A stretch of DNA of 63,607 bases, filler included, from Reclinomonas americana ATCC 50394 (GCA_048213135.1; 52 parts of 52 records of this genome joined end to end with filler, not necessarily neighbours in it); one strand, 5' to 3'. Positions 50,279-62,382 are shown, counted from the whole stretch's first letter. Made by a program: numbers and translations. The notes: a model not told the origin generated them from the sequence alone.

Positions 50279-51400
50279 AATCACAGAGTTGCCCGCCGCG
50301 CTCAAGTTACCGGCTGTCGTCAGACTGCCACCAGTCACAAGACCAGTCACCGTTGCAGTGCCGCCAACAACTGCATTGCCTGCCACGCTCAAGTTGCCAG
50401 CCGAAGTCAGACTACCGCCGCTAATCAAGCCAGACGTGCTCACGCTGCCTGCTTGCATGCTGCCGACGGTCGTCAAACTACCATTCGACACGACACCACT
50501 GACAGTCAGAGACCCTGTGATCGTCGTATTGCCTGTGATGGCAGTCGCACCAGCAACGGCCACTGTGGTTCCACGCAGGTTAATCGTCGCACCATCAACG
50601 TTGATGGTGGTGGTCGGAGTTGTCGAGTTGCCGAGTTGTATAGTGGTACTCGCATCAACTGTCGTCGTCGTTGCACGAGCAGCAGTCGCACCGGGAAGGC
50701 CGATAGTAATCGTTGGTGCAGAAATGTCCGCGCGGGTAGAAAAGTCCGACCGGAGAGTGGCTGCAGCCACAGTAAGCGTGGCAGATGCTTGCACATTGGC
50801 GTTGGTGGCCCCGACATGCACGGTAACGCCGTCGATATTGATGTTGGTAGTCGGAGTCATTGAGTTGCCGAGTTGAAGAGTATCTCGTGCATCGACAAGA
50901 GTGGTGGCTGAGCGCACGTTGCCGGTCGAATCCACGCCGACTTGCACACTGGTGGTACTGACAGTAAACAACCCAGTGCCAGTCAACCGCATTTGCCCAT
51001 TCTGCCAAGAGATGCCGTCGGAAAAATCGAGCAGAGGATTGACCTCAAGCAGAGTTCCCCCAGCTACGTCGAGCGCGACACCTGCGTTCTGCCCAGACTG
51101 GAACTTGAGCAATCCGCTAATAGTGAAGTCGCCGAGCAGTGCAAATGAGCCGACGTTGAGCGTCTGTCCGGATACGCTGAGGTTGCCCGTAATGGATACA
51201 GGTTGAGTTGCGTCCGATGGAATAACAAGTCGATTTGATCCATCAATAACAAGTTTGAGGGTGCTACCGTCCGAGTCATTGCCTGCTCGTCATTATCCAA
51301 TCAGAAGATGGCTCAACACAACAAAAAACAAACAAACTCGGCCTCTTGACTACATGCGCTTACCGCCAGTTGCAAACAGGCCAGTGTCGTTGTCGGTGTC
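50279..51400 (-). CDS. Tail-fibre-like Thr/Gly-rich beta-repeat protein with an 81-nt spliceosomal intron (51283-51363), partial
   Basis: Spliced DTDNDTGLFATGG-NDSDGSTLKLVIDGSNR, two copies of TTxVDAxxTxQLGNSxTPTTxINxDG, and repeated GSLTTAGNLSVAGN. Confidence 0.65.
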
Positions 51401-51953
51401 NNNNNNNNNNNNNNNNNNNNNNNNNNNNNNNNNNNNNNNNNNNNTTAATTAATTAANNNNNNNNNNNNNNNNNNNNNNNNNNNNNNNNNNNNNNNNNNNN
51501 CAAACGTCGCAAGAGTGGAGGTGAGAGAGACTCGTCGTCGTGGCGTACAGTCGACACGCATCACTCTCATCGTCTGCTTAATCAGGTTGGAATCACTCCC
51601 CCGACAACACCGATGAAGAAGACGACGACGAGGGCGCAGAACTCATTGTGTTGGTGGCGGCTGATGGCCAGCCACCGCAACAACCCAACCCCCCTCGAGT
51701 GTCGTTGCTCGACGGCAGTCCTCCGCCGTTTGCACGCGGCCAGATGGTGCCATTCGGCGAGTACACCGAATGGTTGATCATGTCGTCGGCACTCACGCCG
51801 GCCGAAAGGAAGGACCGCGCACGCAAGTATGGTGGAGCCCTTCAACTCATTGGTAAGTATTTGCGCTGCTGCTTTTCGTTTCGTGAGCCTGAAGGTGCTC
51901 ACCCGTGGTCCGTCTGTCGTCGTTGTTGCTGTTGTTGTTGTTTGTGTGCACAG

Positions 51954-52621
51954 GCGTCGACATCCCAGCCGATGCCATTCTCGGAGCTCGGCAAACTGTT
52001 CATGATGCCAGGCAGAGGATGGAGGTTGGCGTTGCTGCCACCAACCCGTACACAGGCGTATCTGGACTGCCAGTTGTGCTACCCGCTCGTCAGGTGGATC
52101 TGCGGTTCATCTGCGGTCACTTGGGCGACGAAGGAGGTCAATCGGATGCCGTTCGCCAGTTCTTGCGTCTCTCCGCCAACAAGACTCTGTTCACCCTCGT
52201 CAACGTCTCCGGTGCGGGCAAGACCAAGTGCCTGTTCGACATCCTGTCAGTCCGATGGGGTCTGTACCTCGACTGCAACCGCCCGGAGGCGGGTGGCCAT
52301 GCCGACTTGGCCAAGATCGTCAACGAGCTGAAGTGCCGAAAGACGGAGAAGGCCTCTCTCGATGAGTTGGAGGCATCGTTGCAGTATGAGGTTCTCAAAC
52401 TGCTTGTCGCTCGCGTCATGCAGCTGCTGGCCGCTCGACTGGAGTTCGGATTCTCTCCTCGCCAGTGGCTGTTGTGCCAGCTGTCGTCCAACTTTTCCAC
52501 CGGGCGTATGCGATTTCCCCTCAGTCATTTGGACCGCCATCACTTGGAGCAACTGCTCGAGTCGCTGCTTGCGCTCGCCTGTGAGTGTGATCCAGAGCGG
52601 CAGCCGGTGCCGGTGGCCATT
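51954..52621 (+). CDS. P-loop NTPase of the Crinkler/CR-effector type (partial; upstream exon ~51587-51852)
   Basis: LVNVSGAGKTKCLFDILSVRWGLYLDC (Walker A followed by WGxY), ARVMQL...FSPRQWLLCQL, and a hydrophobic strand PVAI at the truncated Walker B. Confidence 0.62.
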
Positions 52622-52721
52622 NNNNNNNNNNNNNNNNNNNNNNNNNNNNNNNNNNNNNNNNNNNNTTAATTAATTAANNNNNNNNNNNNNNNNNNNNNNN
52701 NNNNNNNNNNNNNNNNNNNNN

Positions 52722-53148
52722 AGACGGCGGTGGCGACGCCGCCCAGCGCCCCGACGCCGGGCTCGCGGCCGAGCAGACGCGCCAACACGAAGCCGGTGAC
52801 GACCGTCACGACCATGGAGACGATGACGAGCACGGCCGTACCCAAGCCGAGCGCAGCAATGTCGCCGAGCGCGACGCGCAGGCCGAGCAGCGCGATCGCC
52901 CAGCGCAGCAGCTTCTTCACGCAGAAGGTCATGCCCGGCTCGAAGCGCTTGGTGTTGGCGATCGGGTGCAGGATCATGCCGATCACCAGCGCGATGACGA
53001 CGGCCGGGATGCCGACACGCCCGCCGGCGAGTTGCTTCAGGACAGGCTCGGCAAGGACGGAGGCGATCGCCACCATTGCCGACAGGGCGATGCCTGGTGT
53101 CAGCCGCGCCAGCATGCCGCCCTTCGCCGCTTCCGTGAGTGTCACCAT
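52722..53148 (-). CDS. YeiH/PSE-family putative sulfate exporter (SuyZ/TauZ-like), partial
   Basis: PAVVIALVIGM, GMTFCVKKLLRWAIALLGLR, LGGVATAV(CG). The ATG overlaps the upstream TGA. Confidence 0.85.
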
Positions 53149-53744
53149 CAATCGAGCCTGATCAGAAAGCGCAGATGCGGTTCGGTGCCGTAGCGCGGGT
53201 TGACGAAGGATTCGACGAAGACGCCGCCATTCTTCTCGATGACCCGACGCGAAGCATGATTGTCGGGATCGCAAGTGATCTCGACCTGCGTCAGGCCGAC
53301 ATCGCGCGCTTCATCGAGAATCAAGGCCAGCGCCTGCGTGCCATAGCCGCGGCCACGATGGGCCGGCAACAGCGTATACCCGATATGGCCCAGCACATGC
53401 TCCGGCAATAAGGTCGTGCCCTCCTGCCAGCGCAGACTGATCGAGCCGACCAGCGGCTCGCCGGGCTGGTCGAGCGCGACGATCCAGCGCAAGCGATCCG
53501 GCAGACGCCTGACCTCGAGCCCATCAGGTAATCGAATCATCTCGCCTGGCCGAAGCAGCCAGGCAATGAACTCGTCCGGATCCTGCTCGATCCGGACGAG
53601 ATATTCGCCGCTGACGTCGCGCGAATTATTCGGCGACCAGCCATCGCGGAGCGCTGCAGCATAGGCCGGCAGCAGCATGCGCGAAGGCTGGCGCAGGCCG
53701 ACCCGCGCCTCCCTTCCGCCGCGGTTCTGCGTTGCCGCGGTCAT
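53148..53744 (-). CDS. GNAT family N-acetyltransferase
   Basis: GHIGYTLLPAHRGRGYGTQAL, ITCDPDNHASRRVIEKNGG. GAGGAG RBS. Confidence 0.9.
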   Translation of the reverse strand: MTAATQNRGGREARVGLRQPSRMLLPAYAAALRDGWSPNNSRDVSGEYLVRIEQDPDEFIAWLLRPGEMIRLPDGLEVRRLPDRLRWIVALDQPGEPLVGSISLRWQEGTTLLPEHVLGHIGYTLLPAHRGRGYGTQALALILDEARDVGLTQVEITCDPDNHASRRVIEKNGGVFVESFVNPRYGTEPHLRFLIRLD

Positions 53745-53751
53745 CAGCTCC

Positions 53752-53842
53752 TCAGGCGCTGCGGTATAGCTTGGTCATCGAGAACTCGCGATGGCCGAGC
53801 GCCTCGGCTGCGGTGAGGCGGCCATTCGCAGTGCGCACGATG
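53752..53842 (-). CDS. suyB: UxaA-family hydro-lyase C-terminus, most like sulfolactate sulfo-lyase beta subunit
   Basis: IVRTANGRLTAAEALGHREFSMTKLYRSA*. The downstream sulfate-exporter family gene supports the call. Confidence 0.62.
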
Positions 53843-53942
53843 NNNNNNNNNNNNNNNNNNNNNNNNNNNNNNNNNNNNNNNNNNNNTTAATTAATTAANN
53901 NNNNNNNNNNNNNNNNNNNNNNNNNNNNNNNNNNNNNNNNNN

Positions 53943-54794
53943 CATTACGCCTGCTTATCGACCGGCTTGGATGGCGACGGCAAGTGCGACGCAAACAGCG
54001 CACAGAACACGCCGTGGAACGCCATGCGCACCCAGCACAGGTGGCCCACCGAGAAATTGGTGGCGATGAAAGCCTCCGTGCCCAGAAGCATGGCCTGGAA
54101 TACGGCGTGCGCCAGCACATTCGACTGCGACGCGAGTTAGTTGTCATGCGGTGTCAGCACAGTCGTGAATCGAAAAGAGAAACGCACCCGCTTGAGCGGT
54201 GTCACCAGCGAGACCACGGACCACATGATGATCAGCACGCCGAGGTATCGCACCAGCACCAACAACATGGCCAGGTGCACGGGCGACCCGCCCAGCGACT
54301 CTGGAATCTTGTCAAACGTCATTTCCACGTTGAGGAGCGGCATGTAGTAGATGAAAATGCCAGCAGGCAGCATGATTGCCGACTCGGCGTAGACCAGCTT
54401 GCGAGCCGACAACCCCGCCGGCTCCACGTACGCCACGGCCGAGCTGCCGCGCGCTGCGGCCTCCACACAGTCGCCCGACACGTAGAAGCACGCCACGGCC
54501 AGCACCGCATGCAGCGAGAGCATCGAGTAGACCGCCGGCAGATTGTCGCTGACCACCGAGCCGAACACGTACAGCTCGGCCAGTCCATTCAGCACCATCA
54601 TGCACTCCACAAAGCAGTACACCTGTGAGCTCCCGCCCCGACCGTCAGGATTTTGGACGGATGGCGAAAGGTCACGCACACACGCACGCACCATCAGACT
54701 GCGCGCATTGGCCACCGTGCACCAGATAAGGAACGCGTAGGCGATCAGGTGCGATCCAATGAACATCTCCATCGGATCGAGCTCGTTGCTCCAC
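53943..54794 (-). CDS. Multi-pass membrane protein of unknown function (multi-exon, partial)
   Basis: Several hydrophobic segments in ORF 54137-54940, with in-frame intron-like inserts. Confidence 0.5.
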
Positions 54795-55202
54795 TGCGGA
54801 GGAGAGGATGAGAGGCAAACAAACGAGAGAGCGGGGTGGAGGGAGTCGACGCACCACATTGAGTGGATGCGGAGTGGCATCGGTGCCAAAGAGCGCATCG
54901 GAGCGAGCAGAGGGATCACGCCATGCCTGGATTCCTGCATTGCACGCGCAAAGGATGAGCTGGAAGGGGAATGGAGGGAGAGAAACCAGCGATGCGATGC
55001 GTGCGAATCGAATGCAATATACGATGCAGCGAGATGCGGGAGAGAGAGGAGGGGGGGGGAATGNNNNNNNNNNNNNNNNNNNNNNNNNNNNNNNNNNNNN
55101 NNNNNNNTTAATTAATTAANNNNNNNNNNNNNNNNNNNNNNNNNNNNNNNNNNNNNNNNNNNNGCAGGGGAGGAGAAGGCGGTGGGATACTGCGATGGTT
55201 CC

Positions 55203-55237
<35 letters not shown>

Positions 55238-56215
55238 TCCATGTTCGATTGTGATCGTTGTTGGTTGGGGAGCGAGACGGTGCGAGTGCTTTTAGTCCAC
55301 CTTGTTTGTCGACAGACATTGCTTTTGTTTCGTGGACGTGTCTGTGTCTGCGGTGTACATGTGTTCTTTTGTAAGAGGAAACGAAGGGGTGGGATGATGA
55401 GAATGAGAGGGAGGGAGAGAGAGGAAGAAGAACCATGAATGAAGACAACTGTGCTTGAGCTTGACCCAACATGTTGTCGTGGCCGGGAGGATAAGCGACT
55501 TTGCAACTGCGAGCTCGTCGCGTACATGATGGTACTCTCTCTCACACAGCAGCAATCTCCTTGTCTTTTCTCTCTCGCTCTCCTCCCTCCTCTCTCTCTC
55601 TCTCTCCCTCCTCCGGATCCCTCTCTCTCTCCTCCCTCTCTCTCCTCCTCTCCCTCCGCAACTTGCCGCACGCCTCGGACAAACCGACGAGAGTACTACA
55701 GGACGACTTCGCTGGGTGTGCGCAATGAGCGCGTCTGGGTCTCGCAGCACAGACACAGACACACGCACTCATGATGATGATGATGAGGGCACCGACGCCG
55801 ATCTCGATGTACAACCGGTGAACGCGTCTTCTTTCTTGCACGTTGCCAAAACAGTTGATGAGCTGGCAGCGGGTGCGATGAGGAACACGCTCGCCACTCT
55901 GTCTTGCGACACCGTTGTCGCCGCACTCAAACTCGCCCCGGGCCAAGGCGAGGACGAGTGCTTACACATGCTCTCTGACAGCTCGTGCATATCGATGGTG
56001 GTGGTGTCGAGTTCGCTGCGAATTGCGCGCGCAATGTCGCGTCTTACTCACACCGGCGCGCGCCAACCGACGTTCACAGAGGGCTGAGGTCGACAGCATT
56101 GCGTTGTCGGCCCGCGAGAAAGGCGGCTTGTACGCTGAGCTCAGCGATTTGATAGAGTTGTGCCTCGTACATTTTGACCTTCGCACCACTAACATCGAAA
56201 AAGGTGAGCGCAGCG

Positions 56216-56285
<70 letters not shown>

Positions 56286-56948
56286 NNNNNNNNNNNNNNN
56301 NNNNNNNNNNNNNNNNNNNNNNNNNNNNNTTAATTAATTAANNNNNNNNNNNNNNNNNNNNNNNNNNNNNNNNNNNNNNNNNNNNGGGGAGGGGAAGGGG
56401 GGAGGGCGAAGGGGGGAAGGAGGGGAGGGGAAGGGGGGAGACAGAGCACAGGCACTGACGTATGAATGCCAGCAGAGTGCGAAGGGCAATAAGATGGGTG
56501 CGGAAAGAGTGCTTCAAGATCCGTATCCCCACAATGTGAAAAAGCAAGGCACAGTCAACAACGGAAGCCAGCGAGAACAGAATTAAAACCCAAGCGAGAA
56601 GCACGCGAGACTCTTTCGCATGAGACTGATATGTCTGCAGAACAGAATTCAGGGAAAGGGCTAACAAACGCTCGTCCTTGACACTTGTAGGGATGCAAAT
56701 CAAGCGAAAAGCGACGTCAAATGTGCGTGCCACTCACTCCTCAAGGAGTATCAGAAAGGTAACAGCGGCACCGCGCTCACGTCGGAAGACAGGGAATGGG
56801 GAATATGCTGGATAAAGGAGAGAGCATGGGGGAGGGAGGTGGACGGAGAGGCAACAGGAGAAGGAGAGGGAGAGCGACAACAAGGTGCAGAACCAAGCAA
56901 CACGCCCGCTCACATGAAAAGCGCCCGGCGTGACAGGTCAGAAGACAC

Positions 56949-57158
56949 CCGAGCACTATGAGACAACGCAAGAACAAGGCGGCACGAGTATGACATCCCC
57001 AAGCTTGTAAAATGAGATACGATAGAAAAGAGCCTCTCCTTGCGAAGATCAGAATGCATCCGAGCATTACGAGACAACGCGAGAACAAGGCGGCACGAGT
57101 ATGACATCCCCAAGCTTGTAAAATGAGATACGATAGAAAAGAGCCTCTCCTTGCGAAG
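56949..57158. repeat. Tandem duplication, ~111-bp period, 2 copies
   Basis: CCGAGCA...GAGACAACGC..GAACAAGGCGGCACGAGTATGACATCCCCAAGCTTG...CCTTGCGAAG at ~56949 and ~57060. Confidence 0.9.
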
Positions 57159-58829
57159 CAATGGCTGCCGTTCGAGGCACTCAGAGGCACTCCGCTTCCA
57201 ATGACACAGACGATACAGCAAGGGAAACAAGCCGAGCAATCATCGAGATTCAAGGGAGTAACATGAGGAGAACGTAGGCAAAGAGAGAGAGATGAGAATG
57301 CAAGCAGAGCACATGGCGCGGGAGGTGGTAAGACGCGAGGACTGAAGGAGACGGAAGGAGGAGAGGAGGAGGAGGAGGAGGAGGAGAGGAAAAAGAAAGA
57401 AAGAGAACAAGAACAAGAACAACAACAACAACAACAAGAAGAAGAAGAAGAAGAAGAAGAAGAGAGGAGTAGAGGAGGAGGAGGAGAAGAAGAAGGAACG
57501 AAGAAGAACNNNNNNNNNNNNNNNNNNNNNNNNNNNNNNNNNNNNNNNNNNNNTTAATTAATTAANNNNNNNNNNNNNNNNNNNNNNNNNNNNNNNNNNN
57601 NNNNNNNNNAGAATAGCAGCACCCCATTGTCGGTTTCTTTTCATGGTTGTTTGAGAAAGAGGAAGTGAGAAGATGATTAGAGAGGAGAAGAGAAAGCATC
57701 ATGCAGAAGATAGAACATCTCCACACATCTTCTCTTCCCTTTATACTCTCCTTCATATGATCTCATTCATTCTCTCCGCTTTCCCCATCACAATCATGCC
57801 AAGAAATCGCAATCATCTCTCACCGATTGCAGTCAACATCCTTCTTCCCTTCATCTCCAATCGTCTCTGCTTGAGAATACGATCGAATGCTCACTCGCAG
57901 ACGATTCCCTCGCTTCGACGCTGTTGTTCATTTCTTTCGTTGCTTTTTCTTTTCGTCTCACACATAATATTTCCAGGTACACCTACGCGATTTCTCTGTT
58001 TCGGGCGTGCCTGACTTTCTTGGTCAATATTATGGAAAAGGAGATTGACTGGGAGTGGAGTGTGTGCATGATACAAGGGAGGAGGGTGCGTGCAGTGATT
58101 CGTGATGATGCGACTGTGTGAGCTATTTTTAGCTACATGAGTCATCTCTTTGATTGACAGAGGGTGTGCATTCTGTGATTGAACAGAGTGAGTCAATGTG
58201 TGTTTATGGGGAAATGTGATTTGTGGAGTGGAATCGATTTCACTCACTCTTTCCCTCCCACCCCTCACGCATTCCACTCGTGTGCATTCCTGAATCTCTT
58301 GTTCCATCAGGCTGCCTCATTCGTCACTTTCCATGCATGTTGTAGAGAATGTGCGATTGTGTATTCCATGATTGGAGAGGGCGAGTCGATCTCACAAGGG
58401 GGTGGGAATGAGATCATCTCTCTCCATAGGATATCATCCTTGTATAGTCACCTTTTCCTCCCCCACATATCTCTTTTCCCTCTTCTTCCCTTTTCTCCAT
58501 AGGATGTCATCCTTGTATAGTCACCTTTTCCTCCCCCACATATCTCTTCTTCTCCTTCCCTTTCTTCTGTGATTGTATAATCAATCACTTTTTCCCTCCT
58601 CCACATATCTCTTCTCGCCCCTCTTCTCTTTCTTTCTTTTCTTTCATTCAGAGAGAGAGACTTCATCAAGAGAGTTTCTTTCTTTCACTCATCAAAAGAG
58701 AGAGAGAAAGAGTTTCTTTCTTTCTTTTCNNNNNNNNNNNNNNNNNNNNNNNNNNNNNNNNNNNNNNNNNNNNTTAATTAATTAANNNNNNNNNNNNNNN
58801 NNNNNNNNNNNNNNNNNNNNNNNNNNNNN

Positions 58830-59270
58830 CAACACAGACACCAATCTTGAGGCAGCAGCAGGTTCCTTGTGTGTGTGTGTTCGCTCTCGGAGCTCCGAAC
58901 AAGTCGAGAACTGCGATCTTCACCGCATAAGCGTGGTTGACCAGTGGATTTGACGCACTTGCATAGACGCATAGCGTTTTCTGCGATCGTACACGGCACA
59001 TCGAATTCGGGAAAAGGCCATAAATTTGTAAAGTTGTTGTTGTTGTTATTGATTGTAAGTTCTCGGGGCTTTTGTAGTCTCCAAACAGCCGTAATTCATT
59101 CGCCTACAAATAAAGCAACAGCTGTCTTGATGACCAAGTTCAACCGTATCCAAAACATCAACACAAACACCAATCATGAGGCAGCAGCAGGTTCCTTTTG
59201 TGTGCGTGTTCGCTCTCGGAGCTCCGAACAAGGTCGAGAACTGCGATCTTCACCGCAAACGCGAGGTTGA
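58830..59270. repeat. Repeat family: ~110-bp direct repeat at 330-bp spacing, plus an ~80-bp segment shared in inverted orientation with 41538-41617
   Basis: 58830-58940 matches 59160-59270. 58944-59022 is the reverse complement of 41538-41617 with few mismatches. Confidence 0.88.
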
Positions 59271-59346
59271 ACAATGGCCAGGCAAAAAACGCAAAGGACC
59301 GAGAGTGCACTCACGCAGCTGCCGTTCCGTTCCCTTCCCCTTGTAT

Positions 59347-59745
59347 TCACTCGCTCAAAAACTGCACCGCCCGCACACGCAAGTTCCTCCTCCTCTCCAC
59401 CTCGTCATGCGTGGGCGCCGTTCCCACCGGCACCTCGTCATTGTACGTGCACCACGCCAGCTTCCACGACGCATAACACCGCATGGCCGCTTCCTCTGCC
59501 TCACTGGCGCCACGTCCGTACGCGCCCTCGAACGCAGCCTCCATGGCACGCCGTCCGTGTGAGGCCAGAAGGATGCCGAAATCGACCAGCGGATCGGCCA
59601 CGCAGGCTGTGCGGGAAGAGGCAAAGGAGGAGGTGAGATCACCTGTGGCAAAGTTGTCGCACGCTGCGCATTCACGAACCGTCGGCAAAGTCAATGAGCG
59701 CCACATCTCCGTCCTCCAGCTGTCGCACGTTGTCGGAACACTGCC
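59347..59745 (-). CDS. APH/choline kinase-like phosphotransferase, C-terminal exons
   Basis: SDNVRQLEDGDVALIDFAD, then after an intron CVADPLVDFGILL (the IDxx...DPxxD pattern). Ends in TGA. Confidence 0.55.
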   Translation of the reverse strand, partial: GSVPTTCDSWRTEMWRSLTLPTVRECAACDNFATGDLTSSFASSRTACVADPLVDFGILLASHGRRAMEAAFEGAYGRGASEAEEAAMRCYASWKLAWCTYNDEVPVGTAPTHDEVERRRNLRVRAVQFLSE

Positions 59746-60656
59746 AAAGTGGGAAGTGAGAAAGGCGAAGCAGAATTTCTTCGTTTTGCCAAACTCAGTC
59801 TCTCATCGCTTTCATGTTGACGATTGTGCGTCTTCTGGTCGCCATCAGCCGGTCACACGCACACCACGGAGCTTCCTCCACACTTCCTCTGCTTCTCGTT
59901 TGTTTCTCACTTTTTTCTTTCTCTCTCTTCTCTCTCTTCTCTCTCTCTCNNNNNNNNNNNNNNNNNNNNNNNNNNNNNNNNNNNNNNNNNNNNTTAATTA
60001 ATTAANNNNNNNNNNNNNNNNNNNNNNNNNNNNNNNNNNNNNNNNNNNNCCTCTGGAAGAAAGCAAGCAATACCGAGCAACTCGTTCGAATTCGAGTTCA
60101 ATCGCGATCGATCCAGCCATGATACAACCAGCTTCAGGCGACGAGAATATACATCGAAGTGTCCAGGGAGCTATGCGTTAGACATCCTGCTTCCCCTCGC
60201 GTTGTAATTGTTTTGGATCAGCGATCGGAGTTTCAACGGACCGACCGATTTTATTTGTTATATAACAGTTTTTGTTTGACGATGCGCGGGCGAGGTGCAC
60301 GTGGTGGACGCGGTGGCCATGGTGGACGTGGCGGCCATGGCCATGTTGGTCGAGGCGGGCGTGGCGGTAGCAGTGCTGCAGGTGCGGTCAATGGAGCAGG
60401 TCGCGGGCAGTCGATGGTCCGCCCCTCGTGGATGACACCTGAGCAAGTTGCGTGTGTGTGTGTGCTCGGCGACATCGCTTGTTGTTGCTACTGTTGCAAG
60501 AAGAAATGCACCGCGTTGGCCATCTGCAGCGTGAATGAATCGCTTTTTTCACCGAGTCGCCTGCCTCACGTGCACATGCACATGCACCACCTCACACACC
60601 CCTCACTTTTGTGCTCTCGCTCACTCTTCTCTCGCTTTCCCCCTCTCTGTCTCCCC

Positions 60657-60693
<37 letters not shown>

Positions 60694-61269
60694 ATTGTTT
60701 ACAGTTCCTGGCGCTGACCCAGGCCAAGACTGAGAACAGTGCGCCGTCGATGACGTCGGCTGTCTCCCCATCACCGCCTGCTGCAGATCCGCTGCTGACT
60801 CGCGGTCGCCACACCCCATCGGTGAGGTTGCTTGATGAGTGAGCGATTGGAGTTCTTTTATGTAGCCTCGCTCACGCCTGTGCGCCAGGCTCGTGGCTCC
60901 ATTCGCCTGGTCGATCGACAGTCGGTATGGCCGCCGCGTGAGCCACCGGCGGTGCTGCCGATGGTTCGCCAGTCTGTAACCCGTTGCTTAACTCCTGGTT
61001 GCTGTTGCCAACTCGTGTCGATCGCTGCTTGCAGAACCAGGACGATCAGCGCCTTCTCACCATGCTTCGCCAAGCGTTTCCGGACACTCGTGGAGTGTTC
61101 CTCAGCGAAACGCGGATTGCAAACGAGTTTCGCGTGAAGCACGGTCTGCGATTCGCCGCCGCTTGCCCANNNNNNNNNNNNNNNNNNNNNNNNNNNNNNN
61201 NNNNNNNNNNNNNTTAATTAATTAANNNNNNNNNNNNNNNNNNNNNNNNNNNNNNNNNNNNNNNNNNNN

Positions 61270-61319
<50 letters not shown>

Positions 61320-62286
61320 CACACACACACACACACACTACACAATTTCATTCACTTGTGCATGCACTCTTCACTCCTCTCTCTTCTCTCTTTCTCTCCG
61401 CTCTCACACTCTCTCCCTCCTCTTCTCTCTCTTCCCCTCTCCCTTCTCTTCCTCTCTCTCTCACACACAAACACACACACACACACACACACATTCTCCC
61501 TTCTCTTTCCCTCATTCACTCTCTTTTCTTATCATGTTTACATTACTTACCCACAACTTCAGCATCTGCGACGGGTTATGTAGCTCACACGTTCCGTTGT
61601 GTGCGGCACGCCCGCGGCCTTCGTCTCTCAGCATGGCCGCATCCAACAAATCCAGCTCGTCATCACTGGCAGCCACAGAGGCGCGAGAGACGCGCATGCG
61701 ACGCCCGTGCTCGTCGGAGAGAGAGGCGCCCATGTGTGAAAGACAACAGCGCGAGAGGCTTGGCACAAAGCTGAAAAGAAAAAAAGGGGACAAGAATAAC
61801 CTGTCACGTTTTGCCGGATTACATAAGAAATGAAGTCGAAGCACAGCAAAGGAGGAGGAGGAGGAGGAGGAGGAGGTAGTGGAGTAATGACTGCGCCGAC
61901 TTGTTGCTTTCTCCTCGTGCGCTGAGGAACACTTGCGACGTCGACGTCATCGACGTTCATGTGATATAGACATTTTGCAGATGCCTCACGATCGACAAAG
62001 CAATGCGCGCGCCAGTGAGTGGCGTAACAGCCACGCCAGTGACGACGGTGTGTGTCACGTGTGGTGACTGCAGTGAAGTTGGTAATTTTGGCGCCAAATA
62101 TTGAAGTTTCAACCGTTTTCTGTTCGACTTGGCGCGCTGCGCATAACTTAAGGCCATGGAAACACGATTTGACTCTCATCGTGTGTACACTCACGCGGGC
62201 ATCATGCACCTGCTGCTTTGCTTCGCGCTCATCGCTCACTTGCTTGTTGTCACCTCGAGTTTCGTTTGTGTCTGTGTGTGTGTGTA

Positions 62287-62382
<96 letters not shown>

